This document shows, one piece after another, positions 1 to 15,000 of a DNA stretch of 50,583 nucleotides. This DNA is from Intoshia linei. Lineage: Eukaryota > Animalia > Orthonectida. The translations under genes and the position numbers were made by a program. The notes under the pieces were generated by a model. That model searched no databases and was not told the origin of the DNA. It worked only from the letters and a program-made list of their open reading frames with translations. Each line of letters opens with the position of its first letter. Within the stretch, counting starts at the first letter, position 1. The stretch spans positions 1 to 50,583 of the forward strand of contig LWCA01000120.1 of assembly GCA_001642005.1 (NCBI GenBank). The letters are read 5' to 3'.

Positions 1-151
1 ATTTAATTAAATAAATTTATATTTATATAGAGTTAATATTATTTGCATGAATTGACACGAATTCTACTATGTATAACAGGGTTTCCAAATTTTTTCATAT
101 TAGCGCCCACTTGTACCAACGCATTTTAAATTATTTATAAATAAAAATTAC

Positions 152-3100
152 TTTAACATCATTCTGAGACTGGTCAACGAGATCATTAGAATGTGATTCT
201 AATTCAATAACATGAGAACGTGCCAATTTTAGTTCACTATTCAATCTTGATATTGCTTCTTTAATATTTTCTTTTTCAGCCTCTAAAACAAGATTAAAAC
301 TTTTTAAACACCCAAAAATATAAATTAGAACGTTTGATTTTTTTTGTGTTTATTCCTAAGATAAGATAATACTAAGATAATTAGAATTTTATATTTACAA
401 CTTGACGAAAAAAACATAAATTAATTTACGTTAATTTAATTAAAAAAATTCTAAATGCTACATTTTCAGTATTTTATTCCTTTACCTTTATAAAATTGAA
501 GGCTTGTATGAATGTTTTGTCGTTTACAAATTAATTACAAAATAAAATCGAAAAATTAAAAAAATCCAAATTCGTATTCATTTTTTAAGAGTGATGCAGT
601 AACGCAAATTTCTTCTCAGAAATTAACCTTTCAGGACCTTTCAGGATTAAAAGCCGCAATTTGAAAATGAAAAAATTCCTAGATAAAGTCTTACAAAAAA
701 TATTACAGCCAATACAGTGTTTTTAAGTTAACAACTGAAAAAATAATAAATCCTTTAAATTTTCCCATTTTCCTAAAATTATGATCGATACCACAGTGGT
801 ATCACCGCTTTTGATAATCACTACTTTACTTTGTTTTAAAAGACACATGAAATGAAAATATAGAAAAGTACATCTCAATATGGTCATTTTTGTTGATTAT
901 GAGTAAGTATGTAAAATATGAACATTTTAATTTATTTTTCAAAACTAAAATCTACAAATTAACATTTTAAAAAATATGGGGAATGTATATTGTACATAAA
1001 AGTTTGATAATTTTTTTAAAATTTAAAAATAAACAAATAGTTTACCAAAAAAATTTAATCACAAATAATTTCCGACCCACCTGTTGGGAAATGCTGCATG
1101 AAACTATGAAAATAAATCCCAAATACATACATTTTAGGTAAAAATATCAAATACAAACCCTTAAATTCTTCCAAAGTAGTATTATGATCGTTTTCAATAA
1201 TAGCCAAATGATTTTCAAATTCAATTCCAAGAGATTTCATATTTGCTCGATATTGCAACTCTTTATCTTGAATAAGAGAATGAAACTGATTCTGTTGACT
1301 AACAAGTTCGCTCTGAACATTTTTAAACCCGTTTTTCAATTTTTCTTCATTTTCAATGGCATAAGATAAATTGGATTTGATAAAATTAATATGAGGTAAA
1401 ACTTGTAAATTTGTAACATTAGAAAGAGACTGAATATATAAAACTTTAACCTCAAGAGCATTAAAAAGAAGATGGTACTTTTCGTGGGTATTTAAAACAA
1501 GTAAATTAAAATTTTGCATAAAAATATTAAATAAATGAAAAAATGCATTAAAACTAAAAAAAATGGATTGACACAATTTAATAAATTGCACATTATCCGT
1601 ATTATCAAACAAAGTTGAAATAACATTTTTTGGTGGGTAATTTAATGTGTCCAATTCAACAGGTGATTCAATAGAAGTGGAACCACTTTCCAAAATTAAA
1701 TTAAAATTATTTTCCATAACATTATTCAAAATAATTGGATATCTGTCAATTATACGAATCAGCGTTTTAATTTTTTGATCCAGTTTAAGTAAATGAATAT
1801 ATTTTTGAATGTTTTTAAATTTTAATACATGCAATTCGACAGAATTGACAATTTTTAGAAACCTACATACTTTTTCAGAAAAAAATTGTTCCTTTTGTGA
1901 TAACAAGATATTGAAATTTTTTTCAAAATTAATCAATATTTTTAAACAATTATTGAATTTAATTTTATACAATTCAACCTTTTTATTTTTGTTTTGGAGG
2001 GTTTTGGTTAATTTGGAAATTTTTTCATCCAAAGATGTTTCATCTTGTTTAGATTTGTGCAATTTCTTTTTATAATCTGCGCAAATTATTTTAAAAGAAT
2101 CAATTTCTTGTTTAAATTCTTTATTTTTAAGTTCAAACGTTTCAATTTTTGATTTGAGAAATTCACTATTTTTCAATTTTTTTTCGTTTGATACATTTTT
2201 GGTTATTAAATTGTAATTATCAATTTTGTACATTTTTATAAATTTTATGCAATTTTTGTTAATTTTTCCAATTTCGCTAGAATTTTTTTTCAATTTCGGG
2301 CAAAATTCTAAAATTACCATTAATATAATTTCAAATCTTAACCATTTATTAATTAATTTATAATTAATTAAGATAATTTTTAACCATTTATAAAAATTCA
2401 TTTATATTTAACAATGTGAGAGGTGTAAAGATTTATAGCAAATTTCATTTTTAGAAATATAGTCATTTATGGTCAAAATCCCAAATTACCCTCTTTTTTA
2501 AAATAAAAAAAATCCCACAATTTTATAACACGTATATTCTGGGAGTTATAAAAATCATGAGCATAATAAAACTCAAAAACTGCATCTTCACAATCAAAAG
2601 CCAGATTAATCTTTTCTAAAAAAATTTACTTACAAATCGTTAAAAAAAACAACAAAAATACTATACTGTATCAGAGGTGGGGAAGCATTTACTATTCGAA
2701 GGCAGCACTAACGTCACAAAAAAATTTAATAGGGCCGCACCTTTCTAAATAAAATTTAATCAAATAAATCAGTGTTTCTTATACGTACGACATGACAGTA
2801 CATGAAATACTATATATTCAAACAGATTAAGTAGCACTTAAATTGTTCAAAAAATCGAATCCTAACAAATCCCTATCAGAATTTCAAAAAACTAATGAAA
2901 TTATTAATTATATTCACAAATTGTTTCAAAGCATATATTCAAATTCACAAAACGTAAGTCTGGATGTAGGTGGACGTGCTTTTAAAGGGCGGTGCAATAT
3001 TAAAGTTTATCAACCCTTCAAGCCTAACAAATGGGCATTAGAAAAACGCAAACTTCATATATCTGCAATTTTATTGTCTATACGGGCAAGAAGTCAAAAG

Positions 3101-5696
3101 TGGACGATATTGTTAATAAATTGATGGAACCCTACGAAAATTTATATTATCATATCACATATGACAATTTTTAGGATTGGACTGTTTTTACTTTATTTTT
3201 AATATTATACACACATTTTGTCTAATAAAATTGGACTGTTTTTACTTTATTTTTAATATTATACACACATTCTGTCTAATAAAATTAAAAATGAGATAAC
3301 AATTGTTTTTAAAACTCTTTACGCAAATGTTAACAAACAAAAAATTAAGATGGAAGAATTCACTTTAAAGTAAAAAATAATGTGATATGATAGTTCCACC
3401 TGAAACAAATTTGGGAACCACTCATTTAAATGATTGATAATAGTGAATAGTAGGATTTTTAAGTTAGATTTTCAACATGAATTCATTTTTTTATAAAAAT
3501 GTGCCCTCGGAAGAGCTAGGTGCTGTTTATACGTAGTACATAATAGTCAAGCTAGTTATAATATAATATACAAAAATAAAATATTTTATAACCTTGCATT
3601 AATTGAACATGTTGACAGAAATCAGTTTTGAATAACAAAATATCATCAACAATAAGTTTTTGAGTTTGATGCATTGTTTGTAATGTACATTTAAAATTAT
3701 TGATACAAGATAATTGAAGAGAACTGTTTATAACGTTTAAAAAAATTTTTTGAATGTCATTTAAACACTCAAATATTATTTTAAAAAAATTGTACAAATT
3801 CTGAGAAATAAAATCCACATTGTGAGTGTCATTTAAATTCAAATTTAAATAATACATTAAATCTTGACGTACTTTAATTATAAAATCTAGTTGTTTATTA
3901 AAATTCATTTTTTCACTTTCATTTAAATTTTTATTTTCCTTTATCAATTGTAATAAATAGTCTACATTAGAACAAACTTTTTCATTGAAATCATGAAAAA
4001 TTGTTTTAAAATGATCAAAATTCAATTGCATATTTACATCATTACTTACAACATTTTGTTTATTTTTATTGTTTTCAATTTTTATGTTGAGAGACGTAAC
4101 CGTATTGGCCAAAATATCCATCTCGCTTTGATGAGATTCCATCATTAATACGTACTGTTTTTCCAAGTAATTGTTCAACGTTTCTACACCCAAAGTAGTG
4201 GCAACATCACGAAGTGTAACAGAACACCTAACAACAGCATTATCATCTTTCAATTGATCTGATTCAAATTCACCAACGCTTCCTTCGTTCCTTGATGAGG
4301 TACTAGCCATAATTAATTTTATGTTTTTAATAAAATTGATGTAATCCATTAAATTATTATATTTTGTTTTTTCTTCAATTGATAAATCAGAAGAATTGGC
4401 AGATTCGTTTGTGATGAAAACCAAATCATTTACCAAATTATTCATATTTTCAAAAGATTTCTGTAGAATATCCATATTTTCTATAGTGTTTTCACAAAAA
4501 TTTGGAATTTCAATGCCCATTGATTTTGATAAACATTGACACCACTTTTTCACAGTGTTGAGACAATTTTGAATCTGCATAAAATAAATTTATAAATTTA
4601 TCTTACACCTAAACCCCATCATGATATCGATTTGAAAATATTGAATTATGAATATATTATATACATTATAATGATATTCTCAAATTCTTACCGCATCTGG
4701 ACAAGTTTGAAAATTACGACACTGCACTAATTTGATTGTTTCATGCAATATATCAATTCCTTCTTTGGTGGACGGTTTAATTTCTTCGTTTTTAATTGAT
4801 GTTAACTACTTTTTAGTAATAAAAATTGTATTAATAAATTTTACCTGGTTAACTAAATCAGTAGTATTAAAATTTGAAATTTTACAATTATTTTTGGAGT
4901 TCTACAAAAGGTGTTAATAAATGTTGATTATTTTAAAAGAACCTTTATAATTTTTAGCTATTATCCGTTTAGAGTTGAGTTTAATTAAAGCTCAGAATAA
5001 TTTTATATTTGTGAGAATTAACGTTTATGTAAAATTAGTAAAAATAACCTTTAATTCTTCATTTTCTAATTTTAGAATTTTAATTTTTTCTTCACTCTAA
5101 ATATTATTAATTATTGGTTGCATCATTTTGTATCGATAACAATAATATTTTTAACACTATGCGTGTTATATATTTGACTAGGTTGACTGTTATGTAGTAC
5201 ATACAAACATAACCTAGCTCTGCCGAGAGCACATTTTTATTCTACCAAAAAAATAAATTCATGTTGAATATCTAATTTAAAAACCCTACTATTCACTATT
5301 ATCAATCCTTTAAAAGAGTGGTTACTAAATTTGTTCAGGTGGAACCATCATATCACATTACTTTTTACTTCAAAGTGAATTATTCCATCTTAATTTTTTT
5401 TGTTAACATTTGCGTAAAGAATTTTAAAAACAATTGTTATCTCATTTTTTTAATATAAATAAAAAAAATAAAAAACCTGATTTAGTAAATTTGCTCTTTT
5501 GCTCAATTTTTTGATAATTTTAATTAAATCTTGTTTAGATTTCATTTCTAGTTTAACTAAGGTTCCACTAGATAAATTCGATTTTGTTTCGTCCCGTTCG
5601 CGATTTTTTTCCATACTCTAATATAAAAAGATAAATTGTTTAAAAATACAATTCATGTTCAACCTCATCAGAATCTTGTTTAAGTTTTTTAAACAT
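152..5696 (-). CDS. Multi-exon long coiled-coil protein, possibly GCC2/GCC185-like golgin; 3' end runs off the window start
   Basis: GT-AG exons join in phase: 5696-5664, 5617-5477, 5096-5049, 4901-4845, 4805-4692, 4574-3593, 2307-1159, 282-152 (includes ORFs 3552..4580 and 1055..2401). Heptad-rich. N-terminal KLEMKSKQDLIKIIKK resembles recalled GCC2 KLETLPKEDLIKFAKK. No GRIP domain in the window, so identity is tentative. Confidence 0.75.
2843..3124 (+). pseudogene. piggyBac/PGBD transposase fragment in an intron
   Basis: SLDVGGRAFKGRCNIKVYQPFKPNKW matches the piggyBac core motif S(I/L)DE..I.FKGR...KQY.P.KP.KWG; truncated. Confidence 0.7.
3130..3555 (+). mobile_element. 3' part of non-autonomous Helitron family, with a ~54-bp tandem duplication at about 3170-3285
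   Basis: Similar to 27348-27640; subterminal GC hairpin (gccctcggaagagc) then CTAG|T. Confidence 0.7.
5178..5460 (-). mobile_element. 3' part of the same Helitron family
   Basis: ctaggttgactgttatg...gctctgccgagagc, near-identical to 27348 onward. Confidence 0.7.
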
Positions 5697-5770
5697 GAAA
5701 ATTCTCAAAATATATAATGTTAATATTATTTTGAAATCTATTCAAGTTTATTTGTTTATTAAAAAGCAGT

Positions 5771-5782
5771 GTCACTAGAAAC
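5771..5782. promoter_or_regulatory. Candidate RFX X-box in a short divergent promoter region
   Basis: GTCACTAGAAAC fits GTNRCY-RGNAAC; lies between the head-to-head starts of the coiled-coil gene and the ciliary/centrosomal gene TBC1D31. Confidence 0.25.
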
Positions 5783-6077
5783 TGTCTTAAACGTTTGGTA
5801 CATTGTAATATTTTCACTTTTGTCATTTTATTTAAATTTAGACTAAAATGTAAAATTTTACGCGCAAGTTATTGAAAAAGAAATAAGAATGTTATGTTGT
5901 AATGTTTTCAAATTTTGAAGAAATTGTTGAATATGCAATGTTAATATTTGAAATTGTATAGATTTTTATATGAAATCTTCATAAAACGATTGTCAAAAAA
6001 CGACAAAAAATAAATTTCGTAGTTATCCATGCATTTGATAACATTAATATATTTACCATTATTATTATCATCTATAG

Positions 6078-9000
6078 AAACATACAATCAAATCATCAAA
6101 CACAAAATTTGGTAATTCATTTAAACGAGACAAATGAACATTTTAACGATAAATAACAACAAAAAGGGATGTTTATGGTTCAGAAAATCTAACAAAAACA
6201 ATTTATTCGGTCAAGGGTAATTTGAATCAATTTTTAATGACTAATTTTAATTAGATGTAAATTAATAATCCAAGAAACGAATTGTAACTTGACTCGAGAT
6301 TTTTATCTTATAACATGCGATAAGGGAGGAGATTTATTTGCAGCATGTAGTGCAAAAAATAATTTGTACTTGTTCAATATTGGAAAAAACTTTTACAAAC
6401 ATGTAGTATCCTTTGGTTCAGTGTCAATTTTAACAATGGCGTTTTCTATTCGGAGACGAAATGAACTCTTAATAGCCACTAATGAAGATTTGGTGCATTG
6501 TATTGACGTTGAAACAGGAAACACAATTGCTACTCTTCGAAACACTTTTGGATCAATAAACCACATTTCATTGCATTCTGCGGGTCACTTGTTTATAACT
6601 TCATCCAGAGATGGAGGTCAATTGTGGGATATGAATTTGTTTAAAAAGAAGGAATGTCTAGGCGTAGATAGGAATGATGTGGAACTGACTCAAATTATGT
6701 TTTTACCAATGAGTGATAATATTGTTTCAATTTTTTCAAATAACACCATTTTGGTATGGTCTTGCTCTACTTTGGATTGCATGTATAAATTACCTTTAGA
6801 TTCAAGTGTTAATGTTAATAACACTTTTAAATCAACTAAAAATTTAAGGTACATGGCAGCGTCTTTAGACGGAAAGTGGTTGGCTGCTGTGGGTAGATGT
6901 CAGCAAATGTACATTTGGAGAATGGATGAACGTCAATTGTTTAAAATTATTAGATTACCCGGTTCTATTGGATATGTAAAAAAATGCCAATTTATCAATT
7001 CCAGTTTTAATCTCGATTATACCGTTATTTCTATTCTCACGAGTGAAGGATCTATTCGATTTTTTAATATTGATAATTGTAATGAGATGAAATCCAAAAT
7101 TGGTGGACCCGATTATAATAAAGATTTTAATGTTAAAATTAACACCTTTTCTCCAGATAAACGATTTAATTCTTATCAAATTTGTGGAGGTTCTTTTCAA
7201 GATGAATCAGAGTCTACCTGTAAATATTTGATTGCTGTTTCTGATTCTGGTCAAATTTTTGTTTTTGATTTGAGTTTCATTTTGAATTGTGTTAATAAGG
7301 TATGTATTTCATCAACATTGATTTATAGTACAATTATTTAAAAGAATTTATACAGTCTAAGTCAGTGGTTCACAGGAAATTATAGGTGCTCCACAAGAAA
7401 AATTTTAAATAAAAAAAGATAATTTTTTTTTTAACAATAATATTAAATTAGAATATTATTAATTATAGATCATTTATTATTATTATTAGTGAATGTAAAC
7501 ATCAGTTAATCAAAATGAAGTGAACATTTAATGGATAACGTGAATAATTTTCACGTGCGTTAAATTTAATCTATGTAACGATTTAACTTAGTTCGATAGT
7601 ATTTCTCGGAACCGAAACTAGCAAGCTCGTGGCCACTCCTAAAATGAAAAATAACCCCTTAAAAAAATTTATAAACGAATTATAATGTCATATAACCCTA
7701 TCCACGCTTCTAAGACTCTTGAGTTCACATTTTAAATTTAACATTCAAATGAATTGATATTTAAGAATTTTTTAAGAGTTAAGAATAATGCTCGATATAG
7801 TAAATTAAGGGTGTCTACTTAAATCCAACTATTTTTAATAAAAATCAAAATTTACAAACACTAAAAGGAAAAATTCAGTTTTAACAACCTTTAAAAGAAA
7901 AATCCACTATTACTAACCCTAAAAGGAAAAATTCGGTTTTAAAAACCCTTTAGAGAACATTCCAGGTTTACCAACCTTCAAGTGAAAAATCCAGTTTTAC
8001 AGAATTGCGGAGTATCCCATAAAAACTCAGTATCACAAACAAACAAAATCAAGTTCTCAAATAGAAAGATTAGTGATAAACAAGTTACTCGGAAGCATCA
8101 GATTCAATCAAAGTTTTCACATGAAACCAACAGTTAACCCATGTAGTGAAACTACCAAGGGTATCCATAGTTTTTATATGCCTTGCCTTTGTCAGTCGTA
8201 GTTGTTTGAATTATACACTGTTTACCTCTCTATATTGCATGTATGTTTCAGAAAATTCAACTCTTTAAGCACTCTGTTTTTCCTTAGGGGTTTGTAAATG
8301 TGGATTTTTCCATTAAAAATTGGTAAAATTGTAATTTTCCCTAAAGGGCTTTTAAAACCGAATTTTTCTATGAAAGGATGGTAAAAGTGGATTTTTAGTA
8401 AAAATGGTTGGATTTAAGTAAAAATGGTTGGGTTTAAGAATATTCTCGTAAATTAAATCCTCCATTTTAAAAAAAATTTCGTCAAGATGCTTCGGTGGAA
8501 GGATCTCGCATACGGTAGATTCGGCACAAGTATGTTTAAAATTAATAATTTTTTTAATTACGCCATTGAAGTTACCATGTCAAAATTAATGTAAAATTTT
8601 CGAATTAATTTAAAAAAATATAAATATTACCTTAGTGACGTGTTCAGGATTAAGGTAAAGTGGCCAGAAAAATACGTACTATCACTTTTAGTTTATTTGG
8701 AATAAATTTTAAGCCGAAAATTTTTATTCGTCATCATGGATAAGTTGTTTTGGCTTTACATATATATTATTATATATTATTATTGTATTTGTATTTTAAG
8801 GGTATTTTTTTTAAAAATTATGTAGTTTACACACATTTTTTTTGTGACAAGTGGTCCATGGTTTAAAAAGTTTGGGAATCAATGGTCTAAGTCTTTATTA
8901 ACGGAATTTTTGTTAGCGGAAATTCCATTTTAACTGAATTTTGAATTATTTATTTTTTTTAACGAATTTGTATGAACCATAAATTTTCACTTAATAAAAA

Positions 9001-12000
9001 TTTTAACTCTAAACCTCTAGAATCTATTTTTAATGACTAATATAAATATAAACCAATTTTTTTACTAATTAGAATTTAATTTATTACATTTTTTATCAAA
9101 TTTTTAATAGATATGAAATTAGATGGCGTTAATTAGAAATAATTACTCGCATTGCGAATCATGTTTGACTTTATTTTATTTCTGTATGATTTAAAATTAA
9201 TAAAATTTTTCATGGACCCGTTGATAATGTTTTGTATATATTAATTCGTCATATATTATTCAAAAACTCATAATAACAATAAATACAACCATTTAATGGT
9301 TTTTATTTTAAAAAATTAAATTCCGTTAATAATGGTTATAATATGGGGAAAATTCCATATTAACGAATAATATTATAAGAACTTAGACTGTAATATGAGA
9401 GTGCAAAAGCAAAAAATTTTATCTAATCAAGTTTTTCAAAAATGGTGAGCCTCCGAATGAATAAAATTATTTTAATTTTTTACCATACAAGTTTATTAAA
9501 AATTTCTATTTATGAGCTGGGATTTTAATTTACAACTATAAATGTTAAATATTTGGTCAACCTGTTTTTGATACAGGCCTCTACTTTACAAAAAATTAAA
9601 TTTTATATAACTAAGGGCTATTGTCTAATTATAAGTCAAATAATACTGATAAATGGAATATTTTTATTAGCCACCCAAACCAAAAGTTAAAATAATTGCT
9701 CAACCTAAACTGAAAAAGCTCAATTCGCTTAAAACTGTATTGGATGATGTGAAATCAAAAAATAGTGGATTCTTTATTGATAACAAATACTTGCATCAAA
9801 TTCAAGATATTCTCAAAACGTATAAAGAACTTCCAGCAAAATATAGACTGTTTATTTGGCGAAGCGTATTGAGAATCCCTGAAAATCACGAATATTATAC
9901 TGCTCTGTTTGATCAACCCATTCATATATCATATCAAAATATAGCTGAAACATTTCCAGTAAAATCCAATAAACACTTTAGAGCTTTGCAAAGGTACATT
10001 TATAAAGATAGATATTGTATCAAGAGGTTCTTCATTTATGAACGATATAATTATAAATGTTACAAAAATTTTATTTTAGATGTTTGTCAGCGTTAACATA
10101 TTGGTCTGAAATATTTAGCGAAATCACTTATCTGCCTTATATTGTTTTTCCATTTATTATGATATTTATTAATAATCAACTTATCGCTTTTGAAATTATC
10201 ATGACGTTTTTAAGTAATTTTTTGTCTCATTTTTATAATTTTCAAATGTATAGTAAATTGGGCTGCTAATTGGTTTGAATATTTTCCTAACCCTCCGATA
10301 AGTTTGTTGGCATCTATTGAGCAAATATTTATGATGTATGATTCACAACTTCTGAATCATTTTATTGCATACAAAGTCACGTCACAGGTTTATTGTATTT
10401 AATGATTATTCCTCATACATGTTTTAGATTTATGCTTGGTCTTTGATTAAAAATTTAATGACAGAAGTTTTATCTTCGTCTGACTGGTTGATTATTATGG
10501 ATCATATTTTTACTAACAAAATTTCATTTATCTATTGCATGATTTTATCGTACAGGTAATTATTATCCCACTTATACATTTTCAATGTATACAAATATAT
10601 TTAACATTAGTATAGTGTTACAAATCGATGTATTCTTTTATCTTGCAATAGTTTGAAGGATTTTGAATATTTTTTTCAACGGAAAAATGTTATTAATATT
10701 TATGATTTAATCAAAAATGCCTATAAAATTGAAACATTTTTGAAAAATTGTAATATTGAAACCAATATTAACGATAAATTAAATGTTTTGATGGAACAAC
10801 CAAAAATTCAGTATATTGATGCTAATGTGCCTTATCCTATTTTCAATAAATATCCCTCTTTTGTTGTTAATTATCAGGTACATATTCATAATTATTATAT
10901 ACCCTCCTAACAATTTTGCATTGAATGTGTAAACCAACTAAATGAAACATGAATTTTTTCTGTATTGTATAGTTTAACAAGATTTAATTACACTAACCAG
11001 CACTCACACATCTAATCTAAAATAAAAATTTTAGTAATCTTTCAAATTTAGTGTCAAACTTTTACATTGACTACTCTTTGATAACCTTTTGGGATTTACC
11101 ATTTAATATAATGTATTATTAAAATAATATGATGAATTTTAAAAATATCAACATTCCATCAATAAATCAAATGTTCTTTATTATAATTAAGTTTTCTAAA
11201 TAAAAGTGTTTTTGTATTATTATAATTTTATATTAATTTTTTTAATCTTTGCACATTTCCAATGTCGAATCGACATTGTCGACGTTTTTTCTTATGAAAA
11301 TTTACGTGCGGCCAAATTTTTTTTATTTCACAAATACACCCTGAAGTGAAAAAGATTAAGAAAGACTGTTGTATAGTCTTGTATATATCATAGTTACTAT
11401 AACGTATAATACATATATAGATAGAAGAAAGTAAACGTTTACGAAAAGAACATTTGGAATATTTAGAAAAAAAGTTAGCTTAAAGTTATTTATATTAAAA
11501 AAAATTTAGAAAAACAAATGAATTGATTCACAAATCTTCCGTGAATAGACAAATAGCTGAAGAATCTTGGTTTCGTCAACAAAAATTAATTTTGGATGCT
11601 GAGTCGGAACGTCGGAAAATAATATTGAACAAAGAAAATGCACTGGAAGAGGATCGAAAAAGGTATTTCAAGTTATGATCAATTTAATTTGAAAAGAGCA
11701 GAAATAAATTAGGTTCATGGTTTAGATCTGCATTTCTTAACCGCCGGTCCGCTTCATTTACACACGATAATACTAATATTTATCAAATTACGAGCATACA
11801 CTAGGGTGTCACATTTTTTTAAAAATTTGAGTTTTGCGGTGGTGCTTAAGGATAATTCTATTCTTATGAATGAAATAATAAGTATCCTAAATTTATTCAG
11901 AAAATAAATGAGAATTTACCATGCAGGAAGCAATCAAACTTTTACGATAATTTTTTATAAGTAACTTTATTCAATTTTTATTTATGATTTATTATTATTG

Positions 12001-15000
12001 TGTTTTTTAAAAAAATTAATAATTGATACAATTTTTTGAAGATTCTCTTCGATTTTTGAAATTTAAATGGCTTTTTTTGTATTTCATTAATATTCATTAA
12101 GCTGGATCATTGACAGAAGGAGAATTTTTCACGCATTTCACCTCCTTGAAGTAATCAGTGTGAAGGGTAAATTTGAGTTTATAACAGTTGTATATTCTTG
12201 TAAATATTGGATTAATTGTTGACGTTTTTTACCAGGCAAAAAGCATGGACATGTCATTAATTCTAGCCTTTTGTGTATCAGCGGCCTTCAACTATAACTG
12301 TAAATAACCATTGAAAACCATAAAAGGAAACATTTTTCCTCATCAGTTTGATTAAATCCTAATATATAGGATTTATGACAATATAATATATGAAACATCC
12401 ATCTTGCCTTTGACACATATTTGATTGTTGGGCAACGGTACGTGTACGTTGTTGTTCTTTTCGTTTTCTTGGTGATCAACGTCACTAACGTTTTCTAAAT
12501 CTGGTAAATCAGGTCTATCTATGTTATCTGTTGCGTGCATGTTATTACTACCATCAGATCCATTATCAGATTCGTTTCCATCATTGTTATTATTATCATT
12601 ATCGTCGTCAGCAACATTGATTCCCAAGAAATGACCATGGCCATATCATTGATCCTAGCTTGTTGTGTATCAGATGCCCTTAGCCAAAATGGTAAATATT
12701 CATAAAACACCCATATTAGGAAACATTCTGTTTCGTGGTTTTTATTGATATCCAATATAAACGATTTAGCACAATAAATTATGTGAGACATCCATCTGGC
12801 CTTTGACGATGCTCCAGGTTTTTTTAGGGATATTTCACCATTAAAAATTATTGCTAACATTAATGTAGTGTAACTGACTGCCGAAACGTTTTCCATAAAA
12901 ATGTCCGTTGTATCATTTCGGAAGGATTGAGCTAGGTAAGTAACTATTACCATAAAATTTGTTGTATTTGTTTCGTTCATTGTCATGTCCATAATACTTG
13001 TAAAATAAAATCGAAAAAAATCTAACACGTGATACCAAAAATTTAAAATATTGAAATTTATCTTACTTTCACACCCGGAAAAAACTGTAATAGAAATGTT
13101 AACTTTATAAAATTCTAAGACTAGTAGTTATTGAAATAAACGATAACACACACAGACAAAAATAATATTATATAAGTAACGATAATACACCTTAAATCAC
13201 TATTGCTGTAATGTTATGTGTGAATCTACGCTTCAGAGCATTCATCAGAAAATGTGGCTGACCACTTGTTGCTTCCAGATATTTTCTAATAGTGGCATAC
13301 CGCATCGTTGGTATAATCCTCAGATCAGGGTATTACTGACAATTCCGCTTTTTATTCCGGTCTTTTCTGAAGTAGTATCACAAATGATAATTTTTATATT
13401 GACAATTTCTTGAAATTGTAGTTGTCAATACTAATAATAAATAAATTTTGAATACATAAGATCATTATATTATATAGATTATCAAAAATAATGACCAAAC
13501 ATGCAAAATACGAATTGACACAATTGGAAGAAATTCGTAAAAAGTATATAAACACAGAAAAATCGATAAGAATGGCGGAATTGACAAGACTAGATGATAA
13601 AATATGTCAATTGGTAAACTTTAAATCACTAAAATATAAATAATAATGAATATTATTATTGTTTAATAGAAACTTAAAAATCAAAATCAAACGGACATGT
13701 TGAATGAAGCTATCAATAAAGAAAATATTGACGAAATTCTTATTGAAAAAGAAAAGGAACATGTACAATGTACATTTCTTATATTAATTATGATTGTGTT
13801 TTAGTTAGCTTATCGAAATAAGTTTGACGAAAAAACTGAATTTGATAAAATAAAGGAAAATGAAGTATTATTTATTAAAATAATTTAATTTTATGTATTG
13901 ACTTATTTATTTTTTTATTCATATATTTTTTTGTTAATTATACTGCGAAAAAAACTATGTTACATTTATGAAATATCTACTTTGAAGACTTTGTTAAATT
14001 ATTTATACATAATATAGGTCTACCAGGGTAAAAAAGTATTATATCTTTTTTGTTATATAACTCTTTTTATTTTATCTCTCTCACTAATTATTATATTTTA
14101 GTTGTTGTTGAAAAAAATAATAAATGAACGTTCCGAAGAGGTAATATTTTAATTTTTAACTGGAAGGTGTCAAATCATTATAGAATATATATTAGACAGG
14201 CACATGCCATGGGAAAATGATCTGGTTAGTTTGGGCATAAAATATATGTACAGTATAAATATTTGTTTTGTTATTATCCTTTACTTACATATACAGTGCC
14301 GGTCAAAAGTCTTGGACCCCTAAACAAAATTATAGATTTGGATTATATGAATAATATTTATTATATTTCTTAATTAAGTAAACTATTACATTTATTCCTC
14401 CTTATATTGGTGTTTTTAAAATTTTATAAAAAACATGATTACATGTATTTTTTGTACTATCTAACAAAATGTATCATTCTGTTGGGGGTCCAAGACTTTT
14501 TATCGGCATTGTATATAAAAATGACTGTCTGTGGGTAACCATTTATTGAAAATATTGTCAGTTGCAGGATTTAAAAAAACCCAATTCTAATAGAGTTTTT
14601 TCCAAGAATGTGTTTTTATCTATTTTTAAGTTTCAGAATTTAAGTCCTTCCGGGTCAGAAACCCAATTTTTCATTTCGTTTAAAAAAATCAACCCCAAAG
14701 TCTAATATAACATACATTCTGGAACGCGTTTTAAAAGCATCAACATTACCGTTAATCTCAGCCTTAAAAACGCATACCTTAATGGTCAAAACCACAAATT
14801 ACCCTTTGTTTTAAAACTGAAACATGTCCTAAAATTTTTTTAAACATAAATTCTGGGATAGTTTTTAAAATCATAAACATTATCAGAAATAAAAACCTCA
14901 AAAAAACTAATCTTTAACATCATTTATTAAAACCACGAATTATCATTTATTTTTAAAATGAAAACAGCGCTAGAATTTAAAAAAAGTTGTATTGTGTTAA

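Larger units (their letters stand above)
7353..9390. mobile_element. Tc1/mariner-pogo-type MITE (outer element of a nested set)
   Basis: TA|CAGTCTAAGT...ACTTAGACTG|TA terminal inverted repeats; left TIR interrupted by a hAT insertion. Confidence 0.75.

Noticed and set aside
1184-2075. Short plus-strand ORFs (likewise 6955..7200, 17640..18035, 40345..41034, 43848..44036)
   Set aside because: Antisense shadows of real coding exons
6134-6220. Stop-codon reassignment or alternative genetic code
   Set aside because: Apparent in-frame stops resolve as short introns or TE decay; genes end in standard TAA/TGA
7850-8440. Regularly spaced ~33-bp repeats suggesting a CRISPR-like array
   Set aside because: Degenerate subrepeats without unique spacers, arranged as inverted arms of a TSD-flanked foldback element in a eukaryote
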